Shown here piece after piece: positions 32,646-44,583 of a DNA stretch of 64,000 nucleotides. The DNA is taken from the NCBI GenBank assembly GCA_963816395.1, contig CAWFKQ010000016.1:160001-224000 (forward strand), given 5' to 3'. The first letter of the stretch is position 1. Every line of letters begins with the position of its first letter. The notes below the pieces were generated by a model. The model worked only from the letters and a program-made list of their open reading frames with translations. It did no database searches and was not told the origin of the DNA. The stretch comes from an uncultured delta proteobacterium. Its GTDB lineage: Bacteria > Desulfobacterota > Desulfuromonadia > Desulfuromonadales > JACZKF01. The position numbers and the translations under genes are program-made.

Positions 32646-35062
32646 GCCCCTAGCTCCCTCAAAATTCTCCTGAATCCTCGCCGCCAGTTCCACCGCCTCC
32701 CGGTTCAAATCCGCAAGCTCCAAATGGATGTCCCGCAGCGCCTGCTCGAAATCGAAATCCTCATCCACTTCCGCCGGCGCGACGCCGACGTAGCGGCCGG
32801 GGGTGAGGCTCCAGTCAGCGGCGTCGATTTCGGCGCGGGTGACCACCCTGCACAGCCCCGGCACGGCTCGCATCTCGGCCTCGGGAAAACGCTCCTGCAG
32901 CCAATGGGCCTGCTTCCAGAAGTAGCGCACCTGTTTCAGTTGCTCGACTGCGTCCTTCGCTCGCCTCATCGAGCATTTTGCGGACTTTCCTGATCTCCCG
33001 GCTGTTCCAGCCCTCGTAATCCTTCGCCCCGAGTTCCGACTCACACCGGTCGATCATGCGTCCCGCAAGCTTTGCCAGTAGATCCAGTTCCTTGACGCAG
33101 TCCCGGCAACCTCGGCCAGAGGCGAAATCTTCTCTGTCATCTGATGGAGGCCCGTATTTCCCGCCGGCATGCTTTCGAGGTATTCGTATCGCAGATTCTC
33201 GGCCTTCTGGACCAGCCCTCGCATCCCCCAGGCATCAGTCTCAAATGCAGCCTCCAGCTCTTTCAAATCAGAAAGGGCGCCCGGATCTTTTCGCTCCTGG
33301 ATCAACTGCTTGGCACGCTCGATCAGCGTCACCATCTGCACGTTGAATTCGGAAAGCAGCGGAGAAAGATCCCGCGGTCTTCTCCAAGGCTGACTTCAGG
33401 TGTTCGGCAACCAGGCCGAGGAAGCGGTCCGACTGCCCGCGGTAGAGCCAGACGATGGCGGTGAGGTTCGCGAGCTGCTCGGGGGTGAAGTCGTAGATCT
33501 TGCGCGTGACCTTGCGGTAGACGTTGCGGGCGTCGAGCATCAGCACCTGGTCCGGCGCTCGGCGGGCTTGCCCTGGTCGAAGTGCCACAGCTCGCAGGGG
33601 ACGGTGCGGGTGTAGAAGAAGTTGGAGCGGATGGAGATCATCACGTCCACATCGCCGGTCTCGACGAGCTTGCGGCGCACCTCCTTCTCGCCGTGGCCGG
33701 CGCTGGAGGCCTGCGAGGACATGACGAAACCGGCCCGGCCCTTCGGCTCAGGTAGCTGTAGAAGTAGGAGATCCAGAGGTAGTTGCCGTTGCGAGACCTT
33801 CTTCTCCTTGTTCACGCCCGGCAGGCCGAAGGGGAGGCGCGCGGTCGTCCTTGATCTTCTCGGCATCGACCATGTCCACGTTGAACGGCGGATTGGCCAT
33901 GACGAAGTCGCACTTGCCGTAGCGAGGTTGTGCTCGTCCTGGTAGAAGGTGTTGGCCTCGCGGATGTCGCCCTCCAGCCCGTGGACGGCGAGGTTCATCT
34001 TGGCCAGGCGGATGGTGTGGCGGTTCTTCTCCTGGCCGTAGAAGATGACCCGCTTGCGTCGGTGTCGCTGCCCGTCGTGCTCGATGAAGTGGCTGGACTG
34101 CACGAACATGCCGCCGGAGCCGCAGGCCGGGTCGAACACGATGCCGTGGTCGGGCTCGATGACGTTGACGATCGTCTGCACGAGCGAGGGCGGGGTGAAG
34201 AACTCGCCGTTGTCCTGCGCCCCCTGCATGGCGAACTTCGTCAGGAAGTATTCGTAGATGCGGCCGAAGACGTCGCCGCTGGCGGCGCGCAGCGCCTCGC
34301 TGTCGAACATGCGCAGCAGATCTTCGAGCAGGTCGTTCTCGAAGATGTCGTAGTCCTTGGGCAGCTGCCCGCGCAGCGGCTCGAAGTCTGCCTCGATGGC
34401 GTTCATCGCCTCGACCAGCGCCGCGCCGAGGTCGGCGCCTTTGGGGAGGCTGAGCAGGATGCGTCGTAGCGGGCCTTCTCCGGCAGCATCAGCGCGCGGC
34501 GCTTGATGAAGTCCGCCTTGACGAGCACCGCGCTTGGGCATCTTGCCGGCCGCCTGGTCGGCCTCGATCTGCGCGCAAGGCGGCCTCGATAGCGGTTGGT
34601 GGCGTGGCGCAGGAAGATGACGCCCAGCACCGGCATGCAGTATTCGCTGGAGGTCAGCTTGGAGTTGGCGCGGAGGTTGTCGGCGGCTTCCCAGAGTTGA
34701 TCCTCAACGGCGGCAAAATCGGTGACGGACTTTGCAATAATAGTCCGTGCCTTGGGCGGAAGGTCCTCTGTCACAACGGAGGTTGTCTTTTTCGAAACAT
34801 CAGGTTTAGCTGGCGGTCCCGCAGGTAGGCACTTTTTGCGTGTGTCCGTTGATGATGGGGCGGAATCGGCCCGCAGCGCCTTTCGGAGGGATTTCTCCTG
34901 CGCCGGCGAGGGAACAGCTTTGCCGTTTTCCCACTGCGACACCTGAACCTGACTGACTCCGACCTTTGCTCCCAGTTCGGATTGGGACAAGCAGGCTGAC
35001 TTGCGGCTCTCACGAATCCACTGATAGCTGTTCAACTTCTTTGCTCCTGCGATTTCATTCAT
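32642..35062 (-). CDS. hsdM: Type I R-M methyltransferase subunit M with N-terminal XRE HTH (frameshifted)
   Basis: LSQSELGAKVGVSQVQVSQWENG HTH; LWEAADNLRAN, GEFFTP, DPACGSGG, MANPPFN (alternate frame) and SLTPGRYVG. Confidence 0.85.
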
Positions 35063-35971
35063 TCTTCCCCAAAGTAATCCGAATCCACCCGCCTGATCTC
35101 GTAAATCGCCGTCGTCGTCACCCCCAGACCGAAGTCGATCATCAGCTCCGCCAGCTCCCGGCCGTCGATCAGAACCACTTTAGGATCGATCCGGGAAACA
35201 TAGTCGTGGGCCTCGGCAGAAAAGGAGCCGGTGGTGAGGAACACCCCCTTGCGCGCCCGCTTGCCGTGGAGCGCCCCAACAAACCGCTGGATCTCCGGCC
35301 GGCCGACCGTTCCCTCCCAGCGCTTGGCCTGGATGTAGATCGTGTCCAGCCCAAGCCGGTCCTCGTTGATGATGCCGTCGATCCCCTCATCCCCGCTCTT
35401 GCCGATCGCCTTCCCGGCCTCCCGGCGCGAGCCGCCGTAGCCCATCTTGACCAGGAGTTCCACAACCAGGCGCTCGAAAAAGGAAGGGGGCGCGGCCTTG
35501 ATCCGCTTGACCAGATCGGCGGCAACATCGTTGCGGATCTGCTGGTGGGCGGTTTCGAGCATCTCCTCAGGAGTAACCTTCTCCTGAGTTTCGGGAATTT
35601 CTTCAGTGGGGAGGCGTCCTTCTTGGAGGAAGCCCGGTGGAATCTACGAACTCAGGGAAGCGGTCGAGGAGTTTGATGCCGATACGATCAGGCTTTTCGG
35701 CCAGGACCTGTCGGCCGCGATCGGTGATCCGAAAGTAGCCGCGTCGGATGGGATTCAGGAGGCCGGCTTGCTGGAGATAGGTCTTCGCCCAGGCCACGCG
35801 GTTGTCGAACACCGCCTGCCGGCCGCTGGGGAGCAGTTCTTCGCGCTCTTCGTCGGTCACCCCCAGGCGCTTCGCCAGGGACTCCCGGGCCTCCCGGAGA
35901 GAGTGCTCCTGCCCGTCGGCAGCGAACTCCATGAGCGGCAACATCAAGGACTGGAAATCGGGAACAGCCAT
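35059..35971 (-). CDS. mrr: Mrr type IV restriction endonuclease (frameshifted)
   Basis: Mrr_N MAVPDFQSLMLP...NRVAWAKTYL; catalytic GDEGIDG...YIQAKRW. Confidence 0.9.
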
Positions 35972-36087
35972 AACATCCCCCGCAGGCATCGTAAATCAAT
36001 GCGCCACAGGGTAGCATTTTGGGGATGAGAATTGAAGAAAATAGGCATCTTCCGCAGAATCGGAACCGCCCCGGAGCCCCAAACTGA

Positions 36088-36120
36088 AAAGCCCCACTCC
36101 CGGGCCAGGAAGTGGGGCTA
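36088..36120 (-). terminator. Terminator downstream of tRNA-Pro
   Basis: AAAAGCCCCACTCCC...AAGTGGGGCT hairpin. Confidence 0.6.
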
Positions 36121-36147
36121 ATCTTTTGAAATCTATGGGGAAGGAAA

Positions 36148-36224
36148 TGGTCGGGGCGAGAGGATTTGAACCTCCGGCCCCCTGCTCCCGAAGCAGGTGC
36201 GCTACCAGGCTGCGCTACGCCCCG
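36148..36224 (-). tRNA. tRNA-Pro(CGG)
   Basis: CGGGGCGTAGCGCAGCCTGGTAGCGCA...TTCGGGA...GGTTCAAATCC...CGCCCCGACCA; cloverleaf with encoded CCA. Confidence 0.97.
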
Positions 36225-36600
36225 ACGTGGGTCTTCCCAATCAACAGGTCGAAACAAATACCATGAAAGGAAAGGAAAAGCAAGAGGCTTTCCCGCACTC
36301 TGCTCTGCGCCATATTTGAAGGCTGCCCCAGAGATGGTGGCTCTAAGTTGCCAAAGGCTGGCGCAATCCACCACAGTGAACCGTGCTTCGGTCTTTCGTG
36401 TTGCCAACACCAGGTGTGCAGGAGTAATTCGGGGGGCCTGTCCCTTAAGGCATCATTAAGGTGAGAAGGGCAAAAAAATTAGAAAATTTTCATTCCTTGT
36501 CGCAAAAAATTTCTCTCCATACGGGCTAGAACTGTTACAGGGCGGGCGGCCCATGGGCGCCCGGTTGGGGGAGCGGTTTACCTCCGAACGGAAAGGCGAA

Positions 36601-39326
36601 ATGGAAAAGCACATCTCGCAGCAGGTCATCGAGCTTAGCGGCGATCCCTTCTACATTATCAATCCGGAGGCCGACTGCCGGTTCATCTATGTCAACGAGG
36701 CCACCTGCCGGCATTTCGGGCGCCCCCGGGTAGAGCTGCTGAGGCTGAGGCTTGCCGACGTGATCCCCGAGTTCGACGGGGAGCGCTGCGCGCGCTTCTG
36801 GCAGGAACTCAAGGAGAGGCGTTTCCTGTCTTTCGAGACCCGGCATCGGCATGCCGACGGGCGCGAATTGCCGGTGGAAATGACCGCCAACTATGTCGAT
36901 TACCAGGGGCGGGAGCTGGCTGCGGGGTGGCTGCGCGATCGCACCGAACGCCAGCAGGCGGAGCAGGCGCTGCAGGACAGGAACCGCCGCCTGCAGCTCC
37001 TCAGCGAACTGGCGGAGCGGCTGCTCGCCGCCGAGGCGCCGGTGGACGCGGCCCGGGCGGCTTACGGGCTGATTGCCGACGAACTGGATCTGCACGCCTA
37101 TTTCAATTACCTGGTTGAACCGGACGGGGGGCTGCGCCTGGACTCCTGGGCGGGCATTCCCGACCGGGCCGCCCATCTCATCGACCATCTCGATCCGGGG
37201 GAGGCCGTCTGCGGGCTGGTGGCCCTGGAGCGGGCAGCGCAGCATGTCACCGATATCCAGAATTCCTGCGAGGAGCGGGTTAAAGCTGATCCGGCGCTTC
37301 GGTTTCGGTGCCTACTTCTGCACTCCGCTCCTGGCCAGGGAGCACTTTCTCGGGACCCTCTCTTTCGCTACCCGCAGCCGGGAGCGGTTCACGGAGGAGG
37401 AGCTGGAGTTCCTGGGGACCGTGGCCCGCTACATCGCTCTTACCGACGAGCGGCTGCGGGCCGAACGGGAATTGCGCAGCAGTGAGGAGCGGTTCCGGCA
37501 TCTGGCCGATGCCATGCCGCAGCTGGTGTGGTCCGCCGACCCGGACGGCAAGGTGGACTACTACAGCCGGCGCCGGGACGAGTTCAGCGGTTTCAGCCGG
37601 GAGCCGGACGGCTCCTGGAAATGGGCGCCGGTGCTGCACCCGGATGACCTGGAAGCGACCGTGACGGCCTGGGAACAGGCCATTCGTACCGGCACCCCCT
37701 ATCAGGTGGAACACCGGGTGCGGCGCGCCGACGGGACCTTCCGCTGGTACATGAGCCGGGCGGTGCCCATCCGCGACGGGGAGGGCCGGCTGGTCAAATG
37801 GTACGGAACGACCACCGATATCGAGGATCTCAAGCGCACCGAAACGGCCCTGCGCGAGAGCGAAGCGCGGTTCCGGGCCTTCTTTGAGAACGCGGCGGTA
37901 GGGGCGACGGAAATGGACCTGAGCGCGCGCTTCATTCGGGTCAACGAGCGTTTCTGCCGGTTAACCGGATACGGCCGCGAGGAGCTGTTGCAGCTGACGC
38001 CCCACGACATCACCCTTCCGGCGGACCGGGGGCGCGAGCAGGAGGCGTTCGAGCAAGCTTCTGCGCGGGATATCGGACATCCTCGAGATTGAGAAGCGGT
38101 ACGTCCACAAGGACCGGGGCCTCATCTGGGTGCTGGAAACGACGAGTATTATCCGCGACGAGCGAGGGAAACCTCAGCGGCTGGCGGGCATCGTTCAGGA
38201 AATCACCGAACGCAAGCAGGCGGAAATGGAGCGCGAGCGACTGCTGGCCGAGTTTGAGGCTACCCTCAACGCCATGATCAATGCCGTCGTCATCTATGGA
38301 CATGACGGCGAGATCCGGCTCCTGAACCCGGCCGCCGAGAGGATCTTCGGCTATTCGCCGGAAATGAAAGCCAGGCCCCTGCGGGAGCGCAAGGAATCCC
38401 TGCACCCGGAGAGCCCGGATGGAGGGCCGTTCCCCCTGGAGCGGCTGCCGGCGGTGCGGGCGCTGGCCGGAGAGATAGTCCTCTCCGAGATCATGGCCTT
38501 GCATCCCGCCGGTTCGAGCCGCCCTCTGTGGGTCACGGTAAGCGCCGCCCCGATCCGCACCCCGGACGGGCGTATCCTCGGGGCGGTCTCCACCATGACC
38601 GACATCACCTCCCTGCATGAACTGCAGAAAGAGCGGGAGATGGTCATCCACACCATCTCCCACGACCTGCGCACCCCTCTGACCCTGGTGCAGGGACACG
38701 CCGAGCTGCTCGGCACGGCCTGCCGGGACGAGAATTCGCTGGCGCATCTGGAGGCGATCCGGATCAGCGCGGAGCGGATGAACGCCATGATCGAGGAACT
38801 GGTGGACGCCGCCCGGCTGGAAGGTGGAAAAGTCCACCTGACGACGGAACCTGTCTTTCTCGACCAGTTTCTCGGTGATCTGCTGCAGCGCGCCTCCTCG
38901 GCCCTGGAGACCGCCCGCATTATCGTCGAGGTACCGCCGGAACTTCCCCCCGTGGCCGCCGATCCCAACCGGCTGGAGCGTATCCTGAACAATCTGCTGA
39001 CCAATGCCTTGAAATATTCCCCGGACGACAGCCCCGTGGCGGTGCGGGCACAACGCAGCGGCGAGGAGGTTGTGATTTCCGTTCAGGACCGGGGGCAGGG
39101 GATTCATCCGGAAGACCAGCTGCATATCTTCGATCGCTTCTACCGGCCGCGGAGCGGTCGCAAGGCCGACAGCGTGGGGCTGGGCCTGTATATCACCCGC
39201 GTCCTGGTCGAAGCGCACGGGGGGCGGATCAGGGTGGAGAGCGAGCCGGGGGTGGGCAGCACTTTCTTCTTTACCCTGCCGGTTTGGGGAAACAGCGAGA
39301 TAGCGAGTAGCGAGGTAGCGAGCTAG
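36601..39326 (+). CDS. Multi-PAS/GAF sensor histidine kinase (frameshifted)
   Basis: PAS/PAC repeats, GAF, ISHDLRTPL, NALKYS and GLGLYI across three ORFs. Confidence 0.85.
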
Positions 39327-39369
39327 TAAATTCTTCTTTCTGGTCAGTAATGACATTTTTCAACTATCT

Positions 39370-39472
39370 GAAGCAATTTACAGGGATAAGGGGATTAAGG
39401 GGATAAAACTTTATGAATTCCATGAATTTTCACTCCCTGCATCTCCTTCATCCCTGTTGAAAAAGATTTTGG
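39370..39472. repeat. Intergenic palindromic element with 9-bp periodic arms, copy 1
   Basis: GAAGCAATTTACAGGGATAAGGGGAT...CATCCCTGTTGAAAAAGATTTTGG; second copy at 49402-49514. Confidence 0.75.
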
Positions 39473-39481
39473 ATTATCTGA

Positions 39482-40323
39482 CTACCTCACCTTCTTTTTC
39501 AAAAGCTGTAGAAAACGGCCAGGCCGGCACCGAAATCGGCGGTGCCGCTGGAGAGGCCGGTGCCCAGGTAGGCCTCCAGGGAAATGTCGTCGGTGGCCCA
39601 GTATTTTCCTTTGAGCCGGGCCTCCACCAGGTTGGGCGAATCGTCCGACGGGGGGGAAGACCACCACACCGACGACGGTGGGGAGAAACCTGTCCGTCAG
39701 CCGGTAACCGGCTTCCCCTTCCAGGGTGCCGTAATCCTTCAGGCCGAGATCGGAATTCGAGCCCTGGAAAATATAGCGCCCCTCCGCGAAGGTGTACCAG
39801 CGGCCGAACCATTTGACGGCGCCGAGGCCGCCCCCGACATCGAACTCGCCGGTCCCCAGCCCCTCGTCCTCGTCGGCGGTGGGGAACTTCAGATAGATGA
39901 GGGGGCGCACCGCCGGGAGGGTCTGGCTCTCCTGCAGAATGATATAGCCGGCGGTCAGGGTGATGTCCCCCAGGCCGCTCTGCGACTCGCTGGTATCGAA
40001 GGAGGTGCGCCGCATGCCCCGCCTGGTGTTCGACGGGAAAGCGCATGCCGCCGGAAACGATGGTGTTGCTGTTGCTCTGGTACAGGTAGGGAATGATCAG
40101 CTCGAAATCAAGGCGTTCGGTCGGGAAGTAATCGATGGTCAGCGGCACCCGGACGGAATCGGTAGTGGTATCGGTGCCGTAATCGCCGGTCGCGTAGTCG
40201 ACTCCCAGGCCGACGGCGAACTTTTTCGGCTCGGCGGCGAAGGAGAGGGTAGCGGCGAGAAGGAGCGCCACGGCCAGGGCCACTCCTCCACAGAACAATC
40301 TTACTTCCAGACCCTGTCGTCAT
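39482..40323 (-). CDS. Putative outer-membrane beta-barrel protein (frameshifted)
   Basis: Signal peptide; DYATGDYGT, GLGDITL and KFPTADEDEGLGTGEFD motifs. Confidence 0.6.
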
Positions 40324-40395
40324 CTTGACCTCCTGTGGCAGAAAAAAAGGGGCAGCCCCCGGCAGGGGCTGCCCAATACTATAACGGGTAAATCG

Positions 40396-40919
40396 TTATT
40401 TTCCAGCCGGCGAGGCCGGAATGGCCGGAGTCGCTCCCTCCCCGGGGGCGCCGGGCTGGGCCGGGGTGGCGGGGGTGGCGCGGTGGATTTGCCCCTGGCA
40501 CCGATATCGCCGTTCTGCTGTTTCTGCTGGCCGTAATGGTTGCCGTTGTTGCCCCCCTGGAGACCTCCCTGGCCCTGCGTATTGCCGTTCCCCGGGCTGC
40601 CGTTACCCCCCTGATTCCCTTGCTGATACTGGTTCTGATTCTGATTGCGGATTCTGGCTCTGGTTCTGATTCTGCCCCTGTCCCTGTCGTCCCTGTCCCG
40701 TCCGCTCTGCCCCTGCCGGAACTGCCCTCCGCTCAGCCCCTGGCGGGAAAAGTCGGAAGAGCCCCGGCCGCTGAAGGCAGAACCGCCGAAATCGCTACCG
40801 CCCCGGCTGCCGCCGAAGCCGCCACCCCCCATGCCGCCGCCGCGGGCGAAGGCCATCCCGCCCATTCCCAGACTCATGGAGGCGGCAAGGAACGCTACCA
40901 GAAACATCTTGATTTTCAT
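40396..40919 (-). CDS. Gly/Gln/Asn-rich exported low-complexity protein (3' end uncertain)
   Basis: Signal peptide ending AFA then RGGGMGGG; terminator-like hairpin at 40343-40375. Confidence 0.6.
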
Positions 40920-40982
40920 GACGCGAATCTCCTTTTGCAAAGTGTTAGGACCGGCAAGCCGTCTGTCTCTTGCCTTTCCCTC

Positions 40983-41011
40983 TTAGACGCGCCGACAGGT
41001 GAAAGGTTTAC
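40983..41011 (-). promoter_or_regulatory. ECF-type promoter, leftward
   Basis: GTAAACCTTT-N12-CGTCTAA on the minus strand. Confidence 0.7.
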
Positions 41012-41050
41012 GGGAAATTTGCGTACAGTGTAAATTTCCTGACAGCGCCG

Positions 41051-41079
41051 GTAAACCTTTGCCGTCCGGCTTCGTCTAA
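41051..41079 (+). promoter_or_regulatory. ECF-type promoter, rightward (probably autoregulatory)
   Basis: GTAAACCTTT-N12-CGTCTAA. Confidence 0.7.
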
Positions 41080-41182
41080 AGGAGGCAGAACGGATATTCT
41101 GCCGCGGGACCCCGGGGCGCGGGGAGACCCGGACGCGCCGCCGACGATTGACACGGAAAGAAGGCGGGGATACCCTCCAACG

Positions 41183-41764
41183 ATGGATACCTGCTCCGAG
41201 AAAATGCTCCTGGCCCGGATCAGGGAAGGGGACGAGTCCGGTTTCGAGCCCCTGGTCGCCGCCCATTCCGCCCGTGCCATTACCCTCGCCTGGCGCCTGG
41301 TGGGAGACCGGGCGGACGCCGAGGATATCGCCCAGGAGGCCTTCCTGCGGCTCCATCGCAGTCTCCCCGGCTTTCGCGGCGACAGCTCGGTAGCCACCTG
41401 GCTGCACCGGACGGTGACCCGCCTGGCCATCGACCACCTGCGGCGCCGGAAGCTCAAGGAACGGATTTTCTTCTTCCGGCGCAGCAACGAGGAGGCGGAC
41501 CCGCTGGACTTCGCCCCCGATCCCGCCGCCTCCCCGGGGGAGCGCTGCCTTGCCGGAGAAATCCGGCGGCGCCTGAACCAGGCCATGCATCGACTCTCTG
41601 CCCGCCAGCGGGCGGTGTTCACCCTGCGCCACCATGAGGAGATGCCGCTGAAAGAGATCGCTGCCTTGCTGGAGCTGGAGGAAGGAACGGTCAAGGCCCA
41701 CCTGCACCGGGCCGTGCGCATCCTGCGCCAGGAGCTGCAGGACCTGCAAGGGGAGTCGTCATGA
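41183..41764 (+). CDS. ECF RNA polymerase sigma factor
   Basis: DAEDIAQEAF, TWLHR and EIAALL...GTVKAHLHRA. Confidence 0.9.
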   Translation: MDTCSEKMLLARIREGDESGFEPLVAAHSARAITLAWRLVGDRADAEDIAQEAFLRLHRSLPGFRGDSSVATWLHRTVTRLAIDHLRRRKLKERIFFFRRSNEEADPLDFAPDPAASPGERCLAGEIRRRLNQAMHRLSARQRAVFTLRHHEEMPLKEIAALLELEEGTVKAHLHRAVRILRQELQDLQGESS

Positions 41765-42241
41765 GCAAGACATCCGGAGTATCTTTCTGCCGCCCGGAGA
41801 CCCTGACCTTGTACCACTACGGGGAGCTGGCGGCAGCCGACCGCCTGCAGGTTGAAGAGCATCTGCAGCGGTGTGCCGCCTGCCGCCGGGAATTGGCGCG
41901 AGCTGCAGGCCGTCCTGGGCCTGCTGCCGAAGACCGGAGCTGGAGACTTCCGCGGAGGAGATCCGGGCTTTCAACCAGCGGCTGAGCGGCGCCTCCGCCC
42001 GCCCATGCGCTGGCCGGTCAGGCCGGCCCTGGGCTGGTCCCTGGCCGCCGGTGCGGCGCTGCTGCTGACCGTGACCCTGCGGCCGCCGGCCCCGGAGCCG
42101 CTGCCGGCGGTACCGGGAGCGCGCCTGCAGATGAGCGGCCAGATGCCAGGTCTTCCCGACCCGGACCTCCTGCTGAACCTGGAACTGCTCGAGAATCTGG
42201 ACCTGCTCCAGGAACTCGAAGGGACGGGAAGCCAAGGATGA
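41761..42241 (+). CDS. Zinc-finger (HxxxCxxC) anti-sigma factor (frameshifted)
   Basis: EEHLQRCAACRREL plus a TM segment; ATGA overlap with the sigma gene. Confidence 0.75.
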
Positions 42242-42484
42242 AACGAGCGGTATGCGCCCTTTTCCTGGCCGGCTGCCAGTTCCTTTGGTCGGCCGCCGGC
42301 CTGCATGCGGAAGAGAACCGGGCGAAGCCGGAGAAGCAGAAGCCGGCCAAGGAGCGTCGAGATCAGCAGCGAGGACCGGCAGGTGATCCGCATGATGGAG
42401 CTGCTGCAGATGATGGAGTTGCTGAAGGATATGAAGCTGTTGGAGGGAAGGGAGATGAAGGCTGCCTCGGAGGACAAGAAATGA
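42238..42484 (+). CDS. Small exported protein (frameshifted)
   Basis: Signal peptide; alternate frame DRQVIRMMELLQMMELLKDM resembles the anti-sigma tail. Confidence 0.45.
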
Positions 42485-43036
42485 ACGCGATCCGCATCGT
42501 CTGCATCCTGTTGCTGCTGCTCTCGCCGGTGGGCGCCCTGGCTGCCGGGCCGGGAGAAGCGGCGGGCCAGCCGGGCCTGGCGGCGGAGGCGCCGCTGAGC
42601 CGGGAGGCGCTGCAGCGTTGGCAGCAGCTCTCGCCCGAGGAGCAAGAGCAGCTGCGGGAGCGCTACCGTCAATATCAGGAGCTTTCGCCCCAGCAGCAGC
42701 AGCAACTGCAGCAGAATCTGGAGCGGTTCCGGGAAATGGACCCTCAGCAGAGAGAGCATCTGCTGGAGCGTTTTCAGCGCTGGCAGCAGCTGACTCCCGA
42801 ACACCGGGAGAACCTGCGCCGGATGTTCTCGCAATACAACCAGCTCGACCCGCAAAAGCAGCGGCAGCTGCGGCAGGAACTGCAGAAAATTCGGGATCTG
42901 CCGCCGGATGAACAGACCCGGCGGCGACAGGAGCTGCACCGCGACTTCTTCGGCAGCGGCGGAGGGATGGGGGGCGGCATGGGCGGCGGCAGGCATGGGC
43001 GGCGGCAGGATGGGCGGCGGTCACATGGGGCGCTAG
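42481..43036 (+). CDS. DUF3106-like periplasmic helical-repeat protein (3' end uncertain)
   Basis: Signal peptide; repeated WQQLSPEEQ-type units. Confidence 0.7.
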
Positions 43037-43377
43037 TTCCCCCTCTCCTGCCTGCGGATGTCAGAGCGCCCCGGCTTCGGTCGGGGCGCTGTCGTTTGCG
43101 CCTTTTACTACCATCCGCGTGAAAATACGGGTATTATCAAGGGCGGCCTCACGCAACGGCGCAACGGACGCGCGAAAGCCAAAGTCCTTTCTTGAAGATG
43201 CTTGAACCTGGAAGAAGCAGTCTCGCGCGAGAACGCGACGGATGTAAAGCCAGAAGGCTATCAGAAATAGACCCTTGGCCTGCTGGTGAGAGACTCTGAA
43301 ATGTAACAGCCGTGTTTAGGTTGAATAAAGATCAGCTGAAGAATCGAGGTTCGATTTTTTGGCGAGGAGCAAGCACC

Positions 43378-44464
43378 ATGTCGAGCAGTTTCGGTACCCT
43401 GTTCAAGGTCTCCACTTTCGGCGAATCGCATTGCCCGGGGGTGGGCGTGATTATCGACGGCTGCCCGCCGGGGCTGGCGCTGCGCCCGCAGGATATTCAG
43501 GGGCAGCTGGACCGGCGCCGCCCGGGGCAGAGCAGGATGGCCACCGATCGCCAGGAAGCGGACCAGGTCAGCATCCTCTCCGGGGTGGAGTTCGATCTGA
43601 CCCTGGGCACGCCGATCGCCCTGCTGGTCGCCAACAAGGATCAGCGGCCCGGGGATTACGGCGAGATGGCCCGGGTGCCGCGCCCCTCCCACGCCGACTA
43701 CACCTACCAGATGAAATACGGCATCCGCGCCGCCAGCGGCGGCGGCCGGGCCAGCGCCCGCGAGACGATCGGCCGGGTAGCCGCGGGCGCCGTCGCCGAG
43801 AAATATCTGCGCGAGGCATGCGGCATCGAGACTGTCGCCTGGGTCAGTGCGGTGGGGAATATCGAGGCCCGGGACGTCGACAGCGAACGGGTGAGCCGTG
43901 GACCAGGTCGATGCCGGCGCCGTGCGCTGCCCCGATCCTGCCGCCGCGGCCGCCATGGAGGCGGAGATCCTGCAGGCCCGCGCCGATCAGGATTCGCTCG
44001 GCGGCGTCATCAGCTGTGTCTGCCGCAACGTGCCGGCCGGCCTCGGCGAACCGGTCTTCGACAAGCTCGAGGCGAAGCTGGCGCAGGCGATGCTGTCGCT
44101 CCCCGCCAGCAAGGGGTTCGAAATCGGCTCCGGGTTTGCCGGCGCCCGGATGCGCGGCTCGGCGCATAACGATCCGTTCGTGCTAAAGGGAGAGCGGCTC
44201 GGCACCGTGAGCAACCACAGCGGCGGCGTCCAGGGGGGGATCAGCAACGGCGAGCCGATTCTCTTCCGGGTGGCTTTCAAGCCGGTGGCGACCATCGGCC
44301 GGGCGCAGAAGACCGTCGATATGGAAGGGCGGGAAGTGGTGCTGGAGGCCAAGGGGCGGCACGACCCGTGCGTGGTGCCGCGTGCCGTGCCGATCGTGGA
44401 GGCGATGGCGGCCCTGGTGCTGGTGGATATGCTGCTGCGGCAGCGGGCGCGGTGCCACAGGTAG
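43378..44464 (+). CDS. aroC: Chorismate synthase (frameshift near 43900)
   Basis: TFGESH, RPSHAD, RASARET, GGISNG and [10 protein letters not shown]. Confidence 0.95.
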
Positions 44465-44583
44465 GCTGATGAAAAACGCCCATCTGCGGCGTTGCCCTCA
44501 TCCTTCGACAACGACGTACCTTTCGGTACGCCTTATGCCTCAGGATTTCGGGCGCCTTGCATCTGGGCATTTTTGATCAGCCT
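44463..44583. repeat. About 120 bp MITE-like palindromic element
   Basis: Terminal inverted repeats AGGCTGATGAAAAACGCCCA / TGGGCATTTTTGATCAGCCT. Confidence 0.65.

Noticed and set aside
43140..43310. Possible c-di-GMP/GEMM riboswitch upstream of aroC
   Set aside because: Lacks the GGCAAAC...GAAA...GACGCAAAGC architecture and looks like the periodic repeat family.
43378..44464. Frameshifts in aroC, hcp, hsdR/M/S, mrr and others as pseudogenisation or programmed frameshifting
   Set aside because: Single-base indels are spread across core and accessory genes alike, which fits long-read assembly error. They cannot be called biological without reads.
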